Part shown: piece by piece, positions 1 through 9,584 of the stretch
Layout: each line of letters begins with the position of its first letter
How positions within the stretch are numbered: the stretch's first letter is position 1
NCBI GenBank assembly: GCA_019748215.1
Contig: JAIEPV010000026.1
Location: 4,732 to 68,731, forward strand
Source of the DNA: Hyphomicrobium sp.
Lineage (GTDB): Bacteria > Pseudomonadota > Alphaproteobacteria > Rhizobiales > Hyphomicrobiaceae
DNA: 64,000 bases
Direction of reading: 5' to 3'
Translations under genes and position numbers: made by a program
The notes under the pieces: model-generated
The model's input: only the letters and a program-made list of their open reading frames with translations
Databases searched by the model: none
What the model was told of the DNA's origin: nothing

Positions 1-196
1 ACGTCATCAAGAGATGCGGCACGCCCCAGTGATAGACGATCATTCCGAGCCCGATCAGAATCATCGGCCGCGCGCCGATGCCCATGCCTGACAGCGCCAG
101 CGATTCCTTGAGCGTCCGCCACCACGCGCGCCGCAACGATCCTTTCGGATTGGCCGGGTCTTCAGGTTCCGGAAAATTGATCAAGACTCTCGCCAT
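1..196 (-). CDS. Hypothetical membrane protein, 5' part only (runs off window)
   Basis: Not in ORF track; ATG at 196-194 overlaps the virD4-like TGA (ATGA coupling); manual translation MARVLINFPEPEDPANPKGSLRRAWWRTLKESLALSGMGIGARPMILIGLGMIVYHWGVPHLLMT is open to position 1. Confidence 0.7.
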   Translation of the reverse strand, partial: MARVLINFPEPEDPANPKGSLRRAWWRTLKESLALSGMGIGARPMILIGLGMIVYHWGVPHLLMT

Positions 197-1893
197 CAGA
201 ATATTACCTCCTTGCGTCCCTTCAGGCGCTTGCTGCCATAGCGCGTATTGATTGCAAAATGCGACCGCATCGGCTCGCACCGTTCATAGCCGGGCAAGCT
301 CGTGAGCATCACGCGTTCCTGCTTGTAGATCACAATCGCGCGCTTCTCCCGGCGCACCATGTCCGGCGTCAAAACCGGCCTCTGCGCGAGTGATCGGCTT
401 TCCGATATGCCGTCCTGCGCGCCCTGCCCCATCGCATAGGACGAGCTCAGCGCATTTTGCTGGCCGACCAGATCGCTCACCTTGCGCGCCTCTTCATCGG
501 TGGTGAGCCCGAAGAAGATCTTCAGGTCCGAATTGTCGAGAATGATCTGCGATCCCTCATTGCCCCAGGTCGCCTGCATTTGCGCGCGTGACTGGCAAAT
601 GTTGACGACATGGCCATTGCCGTCGCCACGCAAAATCGTCATCTGCTTGGGCAGATCCTTGACGACGAAGTTGGCGGCTTCATCATTGATGAACAGCCAG
701 CGTTGCGGCGAGGGATCCCGCTGCAGCTCCAGCAGCATGCAGGAGTTCAACATCGCGCCGAAGGGCTCGAACACCAGACGGCGCGAACTGTCAAAATGAT
801 TGTAGATCGTCAGGTGACGGCCCTGCGCGTCCTTGTATTTGAGATCGCGATACCGAAAGGTCGAGCGCTCCGTCAGCTTATGCAAAATTCCTGAACGAGC
901 GTATGGCGCCATCGCCTGCTTCGCGACGTTGACGTATTCCTGAAGCCCCTTCTCTGTCTTCTGCGCCATGCCGAGCGTGCCGCGCGCGATGAGCGCCAAG
1001 TCGCCGCTGAGTGCCGTCTCTTTCGCGAGCTCTTCGCACAGCGCCAGCATCATGTAGATGTCGGTCACCAGCGATTGAACCGTTCCGAGATTGGCCGATG
1101 CCGGATCCTTCACAACGAGACCCACCATCGCGAGAATGATCAGATCGCGTCCGCCCTGACGCCAATAGGAATTGCGCTCGTCTTTTGGCTCGGGGATCAG
1201 CGCCTGCGCGATAATGCGCGCGTCGGTCAGCACATCCTGACCGCCGGCCGCCATCCCGTCCTTTAGGATATCAAGCGGGTTGTAACTTTGAGATCCGCCT
1301 ACTGAGAGCAGGATGATCCTGTGATTGAGCTTGCCCGCCCGGAAAGCGGCCGTGACCTCGAAGTTCTCTTTCTTGACATCCGTCACAACAGCGGGATCCC
1401 GGTTGAGACCGAGCAGGATGAAAACGATGTTGCGATTCTTGCCGGCACCGGAGGGCGCAACGACCAGCATATGCGTCGCTGCCAGCTGCAACGCATGACG
1501 GCCCACGATACCGCAATAGAATTTGACGACCGGAGGCGCAGCGCGAAAAAGAGCCGAAACAAGCGAGGGCACCTCGATGAGACGGGCCTCTTCCATATCC
1601 CGCACCGTGGCGATGCGAGAAGAATGTGTCGACTCTTTCGGACGCTCGGCATCGAGCGCCTTTTTGAGCCGCGTGCGAAACCGCAGCGACGCCGCCACTA
1701 ATACGCACGTCCAATACCCACCAAGTCCCAAGCCGCCGATCTCAGCACGTTCAACGAAGTCCGGAGGGATAAGCGCCCATACCCATTCTTGCGGCCAGGC
1801 GCTGGCGAGCAGCGTGAGACCTGCGATCGCGCCCGGCACGGGCGAAGTCGCTTTCGGCTGATCTTTGCCGCCTGCGCCTTTGCTTTGACTCAT
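196..1893 (-). CDS. virD4: VirD4/TraG-like type IV coupling protein
   Basis: Walker A VVAPSGAGK, VVTDVKKE, Walker B FINDEAANF, ICQSRAQMQATWG motif, N-terminal hydrophobic segments; ATG at 1893 preceded by GGAGGAG. Confidence 0.88.
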   Translation of the reverse strand: MSQSKGAGGKDQPKATSPVPGAIAGLTLLASAWPQEWVWALIPPDFVERAEIGGLGLGGYWTCVLVAASLRFRTRLKKALDAERPKESTHSSRIATVRDMEEARLIEVPSLVSALFRAAPPVVKFYCGIVGRHALQLAATHMLVVAPSGAGKNRNIVFILLGLNRDPAVVTDVKKENFEVTAAFRAGKLNHRIILLSVGGSQSYNPLDILKDGMAAGGQDVLTDARIIAQALIPEPKDERNSYWRQGGRDLIILAMVGLVVKDPASANLGTVQSLVTDIYMMLALCEELAKETALSGDLALIARGTLGMAQKTEKGLQEYVNVAKQAMAPYARSGILHKLTERSTFRYRDLKYKDAQGRHLTIYNHFDSSRRLVFEPFGAMLNSCMLLELQRDPSPQRWLFINDEAANFVVKDLPKQMTILRGDGNGHVVNICQSRAQMQATWGNEGSQIILDNSDLKIFFGLTTDEEARKVSDLVGQQNALSSSYAMGQGAQDGISESRSLAQRPVLTPDMVRREKRAIVIYKQERVMLTSLPGYERCEPMRSHFAINTRYGSKRLKGRKEVIF

Positions 1894-1964
1894 CGCCGCG
1901 TCTCCTCCGCCTATGACTTCCAAGAAATGATGGACGGTCTTGCCATCGACCGCCCTGCCGATGC

Positions 1965-2690
1965 TCAGCTTGCTGCGTTGGGAAAGCTACATAGCCGCCG
2001 CGCTTCTTCGACATCCGCTGCGCTGAAATTGCCGGCTTCAAGCACAGACGCGGTCGTGGTGCCGTCACTGCCGACCCCGCCGGGCGAGCGCGAGCCCAGA
2101 TCTAGCTGTGCGCGAACACCAGAACCCATCGTGAAATGGACGTAGCACCAGGACTTGGTCCATTCCTGACTCTGGACGAAGGATTTGTATTCAACGCCCG
2201 TCGTCACGCTTAGCCCGCGCGTCCACGGCTTTTCCGAAAACAGCGTGAACGATGTCGAGGTCCGCTCGATCTGCTCGAGCTTGGCGAGCTGCGCCTGAAG
2301 CTCAGAGCGCGCCTGGCCGATCTTCGCCTTCTCACCTTCGAGCAGTTCTCGGCGCTTTTCCAGCGCCGCGACTTCCTCCGAGCGCTTCTGGATCGTTGCA
2401 TCCAGTTCCCGTTCCTTCTGCTGGAACTCGAGTTCCCGGGCGCGCTTCTGCTCCTCGTAAACGCTCTCCATCTTCACAAGTCCGTCTTTCAAACGTTTTG
2501 TGAAGCAGGCCTCGTCACCCTGCAACGAAAGACCCGTCCAGCACCGCACCTCCTGCCACATCGGATTCGCCGGCGCGGTGCTGGCGATATTGAAGAGCAC
2601 GATCGCGCCGACACTAGCGGTGATGGCGCCGACCGCACACAGCGTCAGAAGATCGACAGCGCCCGAGATTAAATGTCCTGCTTTACCCAT
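1965..2690 (-). CDS. Membrane-anchored coiled-coil hypothetical protein
   Basis: 241-aa ORF; N-terminal hydrophobic helix, E/K/R/Q-rich heptads, C-terminal domain with Cys pairs; co-oriented with T4CP. Confidence 0.75.
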   Translation of the reverse strand: MGKAGHLISGAVDLLTLCAVGAITASVGAIVLFNIASTAPANPMWQEVRCWTGLSLQGDEACFTKRLKDGLVKMESVYEEQKRARELEFQQKERELDATIQKRSEEVAALEKRRELLEGEKAKIGQARSELQAQLAKLEQIERTSTSFTLFSEKPWTRGLSVTTGVEYKSFVQSQEWTKSWCYVHFTMGSGVRAQLDLGSRSPGGVGSDGTTTASVLEAGNFSAADVEEARRLCSFPNAAS

Positions 2691-2757
2691 GGAGTGATCC
2701 TTTCAACCGATAACCGTTTCCGGTGCTGATGCAAAATGCGGGAGTGGATGCGCGCGT

Positions 2758-4068
2758 TTAAGCGCGCGTCTTCTTTTTCTTTGTCGTCGTCATCTCGGCG
2801 TCGCCGGCAACCGCCGCACTAGAGTCTTCGTCCTTGCGGCGAATCTTCTCGAGGCCATGGATGCCAAGGAAAATCAGCGCCCATACCGCGAACAGATCGA
2901 TGCCGATCGCCAGCGCGAGCGCCGGCTTGAAGTTATGCTTGTGATCCCACACGACCTGCGAAAGCGATGCGGTTACCACGAGCGATCCCGAGAGACCCTC
3001 CACGCCTTGCAGATCGTCGATGATCTTGCGCAACGCGGCGGCGATGGTTTCCATGTCGCCGCGCGTCTGTTCGATGGCCGCCGCCTGACGCGCGCCCACC
3101 TTGGATCCGTCCGTCGGCATGACCGACACGGCCGATTCTACGGCCGCCAGCGTCGAGCGCACCATTTCGCCAAGGCCCGCAGAATTCATCGCGCCAATCA
3201 GACTGCGCAGCTCAGACGCCCCGGCCATGAACGCCGATTCACGCTCGAAGATGTTGAGGTCGCGCTTGTTCACCACGGCGGAGATGTCACGGAGTTTCTC
3301 GCGCATCTTGAGCGCATCGGTGTCAGCCTTCTCGATCGCTGCACGGATCTCACCCGCGCCCGTATTGAGAACAGCGGCAGCACCTTCGAGTGACTGCGAT
3401 ACCGGTCCCGTGCCACGGGCGCCGGTTGCGCCGCCGCCCTTGGCCTCCGAGTCACCGCGCACCGAAAATCCCGCAGCTTTCGACGCCATCGCCGTCGGCA
3501 TGCCACGCGCATTTTTGATCTGTTGCGTGGCCTGTTCGACGGATTTCTCCAGCTTGTCGACTGCCGCATTCAGGTGCATCTCAAGCGCCGGGATGCCCGT
3601 CGTCGACATGAAGGCGTACCAGGACGAGGTGCCAACAGCCCACAGGCAGAAGGCGAAGATGCAAAACCAGCCGGCGACGTAGCTCGACGCGCGCTCCATT
3701 GTCGTGGAAAGCTTTGAGGCCATCAGGAACCCGACATAGATGCACAGCGACAGGCCGAAAGAGACGCTGACCGACATCAGCCAGTATTGAAGCGACGGCC
3801 CGTAAAAGCGCACCAGCTCCTGGTACAATCCCTTCTGCACCATCTCCGCCGTCAGGAAGACGGCCGTCAGGCATCCAAGTTCGGCAAGCTTGGCGGATAC
3901 GCTATGCGCGCGCGAACGCTTGCTTCGGCGCTCCTGCTCGCGCTTCTTCTCTTCAATTTCTTCATCGCTCAGGACATTCACAGCCCAGCTAAAGGACGGA
4001 TCGGTGTCCTTGCGTCCGAACAGCGCCTTCAGCCAAGAAACTCCAGGCACATAGGTTTTCACAGGCAT
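2758..4068 (-). CDS. Multi-TM coiled-coil hypothetical protein
   Basis: 436-aa ORF with GGAGG RBS; about three N-terminal TM segments, long helical region, one C-terminal TM. Confidence 0.8.
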   Translation of the reverse strand: MPVKTYVPGVSWLKALFGRKDTDPSFSWAVNVLSDEEIEEKKREQERRSKRSRAHSVSAKLAELGCLTAVFLTAEMVQKGLYQELVRFYGPSLQYWLMSVSVSFGLSLCIYVGFLMASKLSTTMERASSYVAGWFCIFAFCLWAVGTSSWYAFMSTTGIPALEMHLNAAVDKLEKSVEQATQQIKNARGMPTAMASKAAGFSVRGDSEAKGGGATGARGTGPVSQSLEGAAAVLNTGAGEIRAAIEKADTDALKMREKLRDISAVVNKRDLNIFERESAFMAGASELRSLIGAMNSAGLGEMVRSTLAAVESAVSVMPTDGSKVGARQAAAIEQTRGDMETIAAALRKIIDDLQGVEGLSGSLVVTASLSQVVWDHKHNFKPALALAIGIDLFAVWALIFLGIHGLEKIRRKDEDSSAAVAGDAEMTTTKKKKTRA

Positions 4069-4682
4069 TTATTTTCCTCCAACGATGCCGGCCATAGCCG
4101 GATCAGATGGACAGAACCGATTGCCGCCACCAACGGCATGCCAATCGATCTGTCCGATAACGAGGAACTGGCGCGTTTATCTTCGCACTCAAATGCCGGC
4201 TGGAAATTTCGTCAGCGGGCCCGAACCGCAACCGCTTCTTCGGCTTGAATTCAGACAGGCATCCAAACTCTCTGCGCTGCGTCGCCGTCGAATACCGCGT
4301 CTCATACAAATTCTTTTCACGGACACACGAGTGGCGAGGCTCCAGCGCAAGGCCGCGGCCTTGCCTATGCGATTAAACGCGTCTGCCCCATCGGTTGGAA
4401 CGCGCAGCCGTTTCCCGTTGCCTGAGGGTCGTTTCGGTTCTGTGTCTTGACCCGTTCCGCTTTGGCTTTTGACCGCACTGAACCAGCCAGCCTTTCCACG
4501 CACTTTATCCGACGCGATCCGCAAAGCGCGCGGGCTTCAAGATTTTTGGAAGCCGCGCTTGCAACGACCTTCCGCACCGGCACCGCGAAGGTCGTTGCAT
4601 TTGCGCCTCTTGCGCCGGATCGGCCAAGTGCATGGCTGGATGGTCCAGTCAGACAAAACACAAAAGATAAGGAACCATCATT

Positions 4683-5015
4683 ATGACATCTCAAAACGCA
4701 ACAAGCGCACAGGACACCGACAAAGGTGCGCCGCTCAACTACTTCGAAGGCTTCGTCGTCCGCGAATTCCGCAACGCCGGCAAGAAGGGTAAACGCTGGG
4801 TCAAGATCGGCGTCATGTTCCCGCATGAAAGCGGCGAAGGTTTTAACGCGATCCTCGACGCCAACCCCACGGACGGCGAAATCACGTGGCTCCGGGCTTA
4901 TTCAAAGCCCAAGAAGGACGAAGCAGGTTACGATCACGGAACCGGTGAAGTCCACTCCCAGCAGGCCGCCAATGCCGATGCAAACGCGGCCCCTGCCCCC
5001 CAAGAGCAATTCTAA
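4683..5015 (+). CDS. Small mobile-element protein, possibly ssDNA-binding-like beta fold
   Basis: 110 aa, AAGGA RBS, motif WVKIGVMF...GFNAILDANPTDGEI with acidic/Ala-rich tail; function is inference. Confidence 0.7.
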   Translation: MTSQNATSAQDTDKGAPLNYFEGFVVREFRNAGKKGKRWVKIGVMFPHESGEGFNAILDANPTDGEITWLRAYSKPKKDEAGYDHGTGEVHSQQAANADANAAPAPQEQF

Positions 5016-5021
5016 GCTCAC

Positions 5022-5058
5022 AAGGCTCGCCCCTCGCAGGGCGAGCCTTTCTTTTTTT
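5022..5058 (+). terminator. Rho-independent terminator
   Basis: AAGGCTCGCCC-ctcgca-GGGCGAGCCTT perfect stem followed by T-tract, right after the 4683-5015 stop. Confidence 0.85.
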
Positions 5059-5080
5059 CCATCAACGATAAGGACAAAAC

Positions 5081-5311
5081 ATGCACCAGCTTCGCTATCA
5101 CACGCTCCTCTCTATGATCCGCGACCTTGAAGATCACGGTGAAGCCGCCAACAGCCTGGCATCACAACTCTCCAAGGACAGCCGCGTGCACGAAAGTCTC
5201 AGTGTCAGTCACACGTTCGCGCAGCTTGACGCGCGCATCAGCGCGTGCACCCGGATTTCACGCATCATCGCCGTGAAAATTCCGGAAATTCTCGAAGTCA
5301 CCTATGACTGA
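5081..5311 (+). CDS. Hypothetical protein (76 aa)
   Basis: AAGGA RBS and ATG start; no recognisable motif. Confidence 0.55.
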   Translation: MHQLRYHTLLSMIRDLEDHGEAANSLASQLSKDSRVHESLSVSHTFAQLDARISACTRISRIIAVKIPEILEVTYD

Positions 5312-5469
5312 GCGCTCATCCCATCATCCGTCTGCTAGACCTCTGACCAAGACCTTGCGGCTCAGCCGCAACCCATCCGCCCCGCGCCTGTCATCGCGTG
5401 GGCGCTGACACGACCAAAGCCGGCGCGCACCCGCGCGCCCTGGGCAGGGTGCGTAAGCCGCCGACCGCT

Positions 5470-5533
5470 TGCATCAAATTTCAGCAGCGCTGGAATCTTT
5501 CGCAGCCTATCTTGCTTGCGGAAATTTGCATGC
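5470..5533 (+). other. Candidate oriT/nic region
   Basis: CCTATCTTGC (5506-5515) differs by one base from the IncP nic core CCTATCCTG^C; flanked by imperfect IR GCATCAAATTTC / GAAATTTGCATGC; non-coding region upstream of mobC. Confidence 0.4.
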
Positions 5534-6061
5534 GAGTCCCATCTTATGGTTCAATAGAAGACCAGTGCAGGCCGATTCCTTTATGTCAAAATTCAATTGA
5601 ATTAATCGGCGCTAATATCAGGATTTCCGGTTTTTTTAAATTGCCATAATATTATATCCTTGAATTTTTCTCCGAGTGTGCATCATTATATGATGCGAGC
5701 GAGGAGCGAGATGTGTTTTTGCTACGCAAAAACCCCTCCCATTCGGGCATAAAACGGGGCTTCGCCACCGTTTTCCGCTTATCCGAATGGTCGGCATCTC
5801 GTGGGGAAACCGTCCCGGTTTCCCTCAACCCTTCCAGTGTCGGGCTTGTGCCCGACCGCACACCGGGGCATGTGCCGCCCCCGTCCCCCGCAGCGGATTG
5901 CTCTCCCCTGTTCTGAGCAACAGACCCGCTCGCCCCAGCGCACGGCCGCGCTTTTAGACCACCGCCACAGCCCTACGGCTGGACGGGGTCGCCGCGCGTT
6001 CCGGCTTTAACGTCCACCGGGCCCGCACCACTTCGACAACACAGATCAGGAGGATTGAATT

Positions 6062-6418
6062 TTGAACAGACCCATCAAGGGCCGCGGCGGGCGGCCTGTG
6101 AAACAGCCCGACGAAAAACGTTGCCTGCAAATCAATGTGCGCCTCACCATCGCTGAACATGACGATATCGCTGCGGAGGCCGCGAAAGCCAATTTGTCGG
6201 TGTCCGACTACGTCCGCAGAACCGCGCTCAATCACCGCGTGATCGTCCCGAAGTCGCTGGCAGATGCGGCTCTCATTCGGGAGATCAACGCGATTGGCAA
6301 CAACGTCAACCAGATCAGCCGCGCCGCCAATCGCGGTCAGGACGAGCGCGATTACTGGCGCGCCATTGGCGATAAAATCGCCCAAACCCTCGACGAGGTT
6401 ATCAAACGCGCAGCATGA
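6062..6418 (+). CDS. mobC: Relaxosome accessory protein MobC
   Basis: RHH-like INVRLTIAEHDDIAAEAAKANLSVSDYVR and hallmark EINAIGNNVNQISRAAN; AGGAGG RBS; ATGA overlap with relaxase. Confidence 0.92.
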   Translation: MNRPIKGRGGRPVKQPDEKRCLQINVRLTIAEHDDIAAEAAKANLSVSDYVRRTALNHRVIVPKSLADAALIREINAIGNNVNQISRAANRGQDERDYWRAIGDKIAQTLDEVIKRAA

Positions 6419-7812
6419 CGCCCAAAGTTCTTCACGGGCGTTCCTTCAAGGGCGCCGCCGCGTATCTTTTGCACGACGTGAAGAATAAAGCGGCGGCGAG
6501 CCGTGTCGCCTGGACGATGACTCGCAATCTCGCCACCAGGAACCCTGACACCGCCTGGCGCGTGATGGCCGCGATTGCCATGGATTCAAGCCGGCTTAAG
6601 AAAGACGCCGGGATCAAGAACACCGGCCGCAAGCAGACGAACGTCGTCAAACATCTTGTGCTCTCGTGGCACCCCGACGAGAAGCAGACCCTCACGCGCG
6701 ATGACATGGAAGCGGCCATCGAAGGCGCGCTTGCCGCCATTGGCGCACAGAACCGCCAGGCGCTGGTGATTGCCCATAACGATACCAAGCACCCCCACGT
6801 CCATATCCTGATCAACCGCGTGCTTGAAAACGGTACGCTGCTCTCTGACGCTTATGAGTGGAACAATCTTCAGAAATGGGCGCTGGAATATCAACGGGCG
6901 CGGCAGCAAAACTATTGCCCGCAACGCGAGCTCAACGCCGAGGCACGCAATCGCGGCGAACCAACCAAGCACCGCAAGACGCCGCGGCCACTGATAGAGT
7001 TAAACGCCCTCATCGCGGCCTCGGCCAATGACAATCCCGGACGACGCGACGCTCTCACTCAAACCCATATGCAGCTGGCGCGCGGTCTCGCGTCCCGCAC
7101 CCATGCGCTGAAACAGCGCCACAGCCAGCAATGGGCGGAGCTGCAGACGGGAGAAGCCCAAAAACGTGCCGGTATCCGCAGCGCAGCACGTAAAGAGCAA
7201 GCTGCAACCCGCCGCCACATCATCGAAACCTTCCAGCCGCAATGGAAAGCGCTCAAACACCGAGAAGCTGCTGAGCGCGCCAGATTCGCAGCATCGGAAC
7301 AATCAGCCCTGGGCAGGTTTTCGAACGTCTTTCGCACACTCGATATCGGCCGCGCCGCCATTGATGGCGTGAAACGGCCAATCCTGACGCAGATCTGGAA
7401 CGGCCTGCGCTCATCCGCAGAGCGGGAAGCCATGCTGGTCAAACAGCATCAGGCGCGCCGCCAGGAACTCGAGCTCGCCACCAAGCAGCGCATTCGCGAC
7501 GCACTGGCGCCGATCATCTTTAGGGCCCGCGATAATCTGGCTATCGCCGCCAGAACCTATGACAAGGCCCGAACCGATCTGGCCTTTGTCCAGAGCGGCG
7601 AGCGCGCGCAGACCCACGCTGCGTGGAACGCGTTGCTCAATCGCCGCGAAGCGGACTTCAACGCACTTGCGGCGTCGCTCGAGCGCACCAGCGCGTTCAA
7701 TGAAACCGCAGCACCGAAAACATTCCTGGGGCGCATGCACGACCGCGCCCGTGATCTCGATCGCCTTTCGCCGGGTCCGTCGAACGACAATGAGCGCGAG
7801 CGCGAGGATTGA
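6415..7812 (+). CDS. MOBP-type relaxase (VirD2/MobA-like) with C-terminal helical domain
   Basis: Motif I FKGAAAYLLHD, motif II VKHLVLSWHPDE, HUH motif III HNDTKHPHVHILINRV; charged C-terminus DNERERED. Confidence 0.92.
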   Translation: MTPKVLHGRSFKGAAAYLLHDVKNKAAASRVAWTMTRNLATRNPDTAWRVMAAIAMDSSRLKKDAGIKNTGRKQTNVVKHLVLSWHPDEKQTLTRDDMEAAIEGALAAIGAQNRQALVIAHNDTKHPHVHILINRVLENGTLLSDAYEWNNLQKWALEYQRARQQNYCPQRELNAEARNRGEPTKHRKTPRPLIELNALIAASANDNPGRRDALTQTHMQLARGLASRTHALKQRHSQQWAELQTGEAQKRAGIRSAARKEQAATRRHIIETFQPQWKALKHREAAERARFAASEQSALGRFSNVFRTLDIGRAAIDGVKRPILTQIWNGLRSSAEREAMLVKQHQARRQELELATKQRIRDALAPIIFRARDNLAIAARTYDKARTDLAFVQSGERAQTHAAWNALLNRREADFNALAASLERTSAFNETAAPKTFLGRMHDRARDLDRLSPGPSNDNERERED

Positions 7813-8050
7813 TCGAACGCTCTTTGCATCGTTGAAATCTCTGCTCAGACACAACCCGCTCGGCGGCTTTAGACGCATCGAGGGGAACATCCTTACCCTT
7901 CGCGCGTCAGCCCGATTAGGGCCCAATCCCGGTCAGAAGAACCGCGCAACCTCATGATATAGCAGACAATTTCATTGCCAGTTATTCGGGAGGTCGCGGG
8001 TCGCCACTCACCGCAGGCATCAAACCCTGCCAGGCACCGGGACCCAAACC

Positions 8051-8881
8051 ATGACCCAAACCTCACGCTCAAACGCCCTCGGCCTCGCCGCCAAAAACAC
8101 GCCTATGCTGACGGAGGAAACCGAACGCGCATTGTTTGAAGCCTACCGCAACAAACGTGATCATCGGGCTCGCAACTCGATCGCCCTCGCCCATCTCCGG
8201 CTCGTGCTCGGTGAAGCCGCCCGATTCGCCCGCTACCGCATGCCGACAGAAGACCTCATCACGGAGGGCAACATAGCGATCATGCAGGCCATCGAAGGTT
8301 TCGATCCCGCGCGTGGCGTTCGCTTTTGCGCATACGCTCGTCATTGGGTCCGCTCGGCCATGATCGCCCATGTCATCCGGTCGCGCAGTCTTGTCACGAT
8401 CTCCGGGACAAAGGCCAATAAGCGTCTTTTCTTCCAGCTTGACCGCACGCGCGCGTCGATCGCCGCAGCGCATGGCGGCAAATTACCAGCCAATGCGAAC
8501 GACCTTATCGCCCAGAGTCTGGGAGTGACCAAAGCCTCGGTCGAGGTGATGAGCGTCCGCCTTGCAGGGGACCAGTCCTGTGATGCGCCGGCGGGTCCCG
8601 AAACGGAGACGACCCTCATCGAAACACTCGCGAGCGACGACGAGGCCGCAGACACCATCCTCATCAAATCTGAAACCATCCAGATCGCGCTCGAGGCCTT
8701 GCAAAAGCTGTCTGACCAGGAACGCCACATCATCACCGCACGGATCTTCACAGATGCCGAAACAGTGCCCGAGCTCGCTCACATCGCTGCAAATTATGGT
8801 GTGACACCGCAGCGTGTCCATCAGATCCAAAAATCTGCGCTCGCTAAAATCCGCGTGGCTATTTTGTCGGCAACTTCATGA
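8051..8881 (+). CDS. RpoH (sigma-32)-like sigma factor
   Basis: Region 2 AHLRLV...DLITEGNIAIMQAIEGFDPARGVRF, RpoH-box-like NKRLFFQL, region 4 HTH YGVTPQRVHQIQ. Confidence 0.88.
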   Translation: MTQTSRSNALGLAAKNTPMLTEETERALFEAYRNKRDHRARNSIALAHLRLVLGEAARFARYRMPTEDLITEGNIAIMQAIEGFDPARGVRFCAYARHWVRSAMIAHVIRSRSLVTISGTKANKRLFFQLDRTRASIAAAHGGKLPANANDLIAQSLGVTKASVEVMSVRLAGDQSCDAPAGPETETTLIETLASDDEAADTILIKSETIQIALEALQKLSDQERHIITARIFTDAETVPELAHIAANYGVTPQRVHQIQKSALAKIRVAILSATS

Positions 8882-8882
8882 C

Positions 8883-9275
8883 TCACTGATACCCGGTAAA
8901 ACTATCGAAGGCGGATGGTTGAAGACTCCCAGGAACAGGCATTCTGTTCATCGAACCGCGCGGCCGACCGACCGGCCCGCGTTTCTCTGCATCGAGCTCG
9001 CATTGCTGCGCATACCTGTCGACCATCTGAGTCACATGCTTTCGCAATTCCACCGGCACGATCACGAGATCGCATTCAATGGCTTTCCCCATATCCAACG
9101 CAAGGCCCAGAGTTAGCCCAGCCCTGCCGCTTTCAATCCGGGAAATCTGGGCCTGGGCCGCTCCTGTTTCCCGACAGATTTCGTGTTGCGACTTGCCGCG
9201 GATCACACGCCATCGCATCATTGATGACATGAGATTGACGCGTTCCTTGACAGCTCTGGTTCTTTTTCCAATCAT
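8883..9275 (-). CDS. XRE-family HTH regulator
   Basis: GKSQHEICRETGAAQAQISRIESGRAGLTL HTH_3 pattern. Confidence 0.8.
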   Translation of the reverse strand: MIGKRTRAVKERVNLMSSMMRWRVIRGKSQHEICRETGAAQAQISRIESGRAGLTLGLALDMGKAIECDLVIVPVELRKHVTQMVDRYAQQCELDAEKRGPVGRPRGSMNRMPVPGSLQPSAFDSFTGYQ

Positions 9276-9584
9276 GATAATTCCCCCACTTATGGTTGTA
9301 CTAAGTTGAGAATATCACAAAATAGAATATGGATGCAAATTCAGATATTATATCAATAACTTAATTGATATAATGGCAGGTGCACTGATGTCATTTTTGT
9401 ACAGTATTACTACCAACCAATCACACCCTATGGTTAGCTTCGAATTTGAAGCCTTCCTATAATGGGCCCTTGGCCCAGATCGAGACTGTGGACAAGTTGG
9501 CTCGGATCTGATGCTGAGACTGCCATAGTTCGCGCTTCGTTCTAGACTAAGGTGAACTGATTCCAATCACCAAAAACCGAGCTT

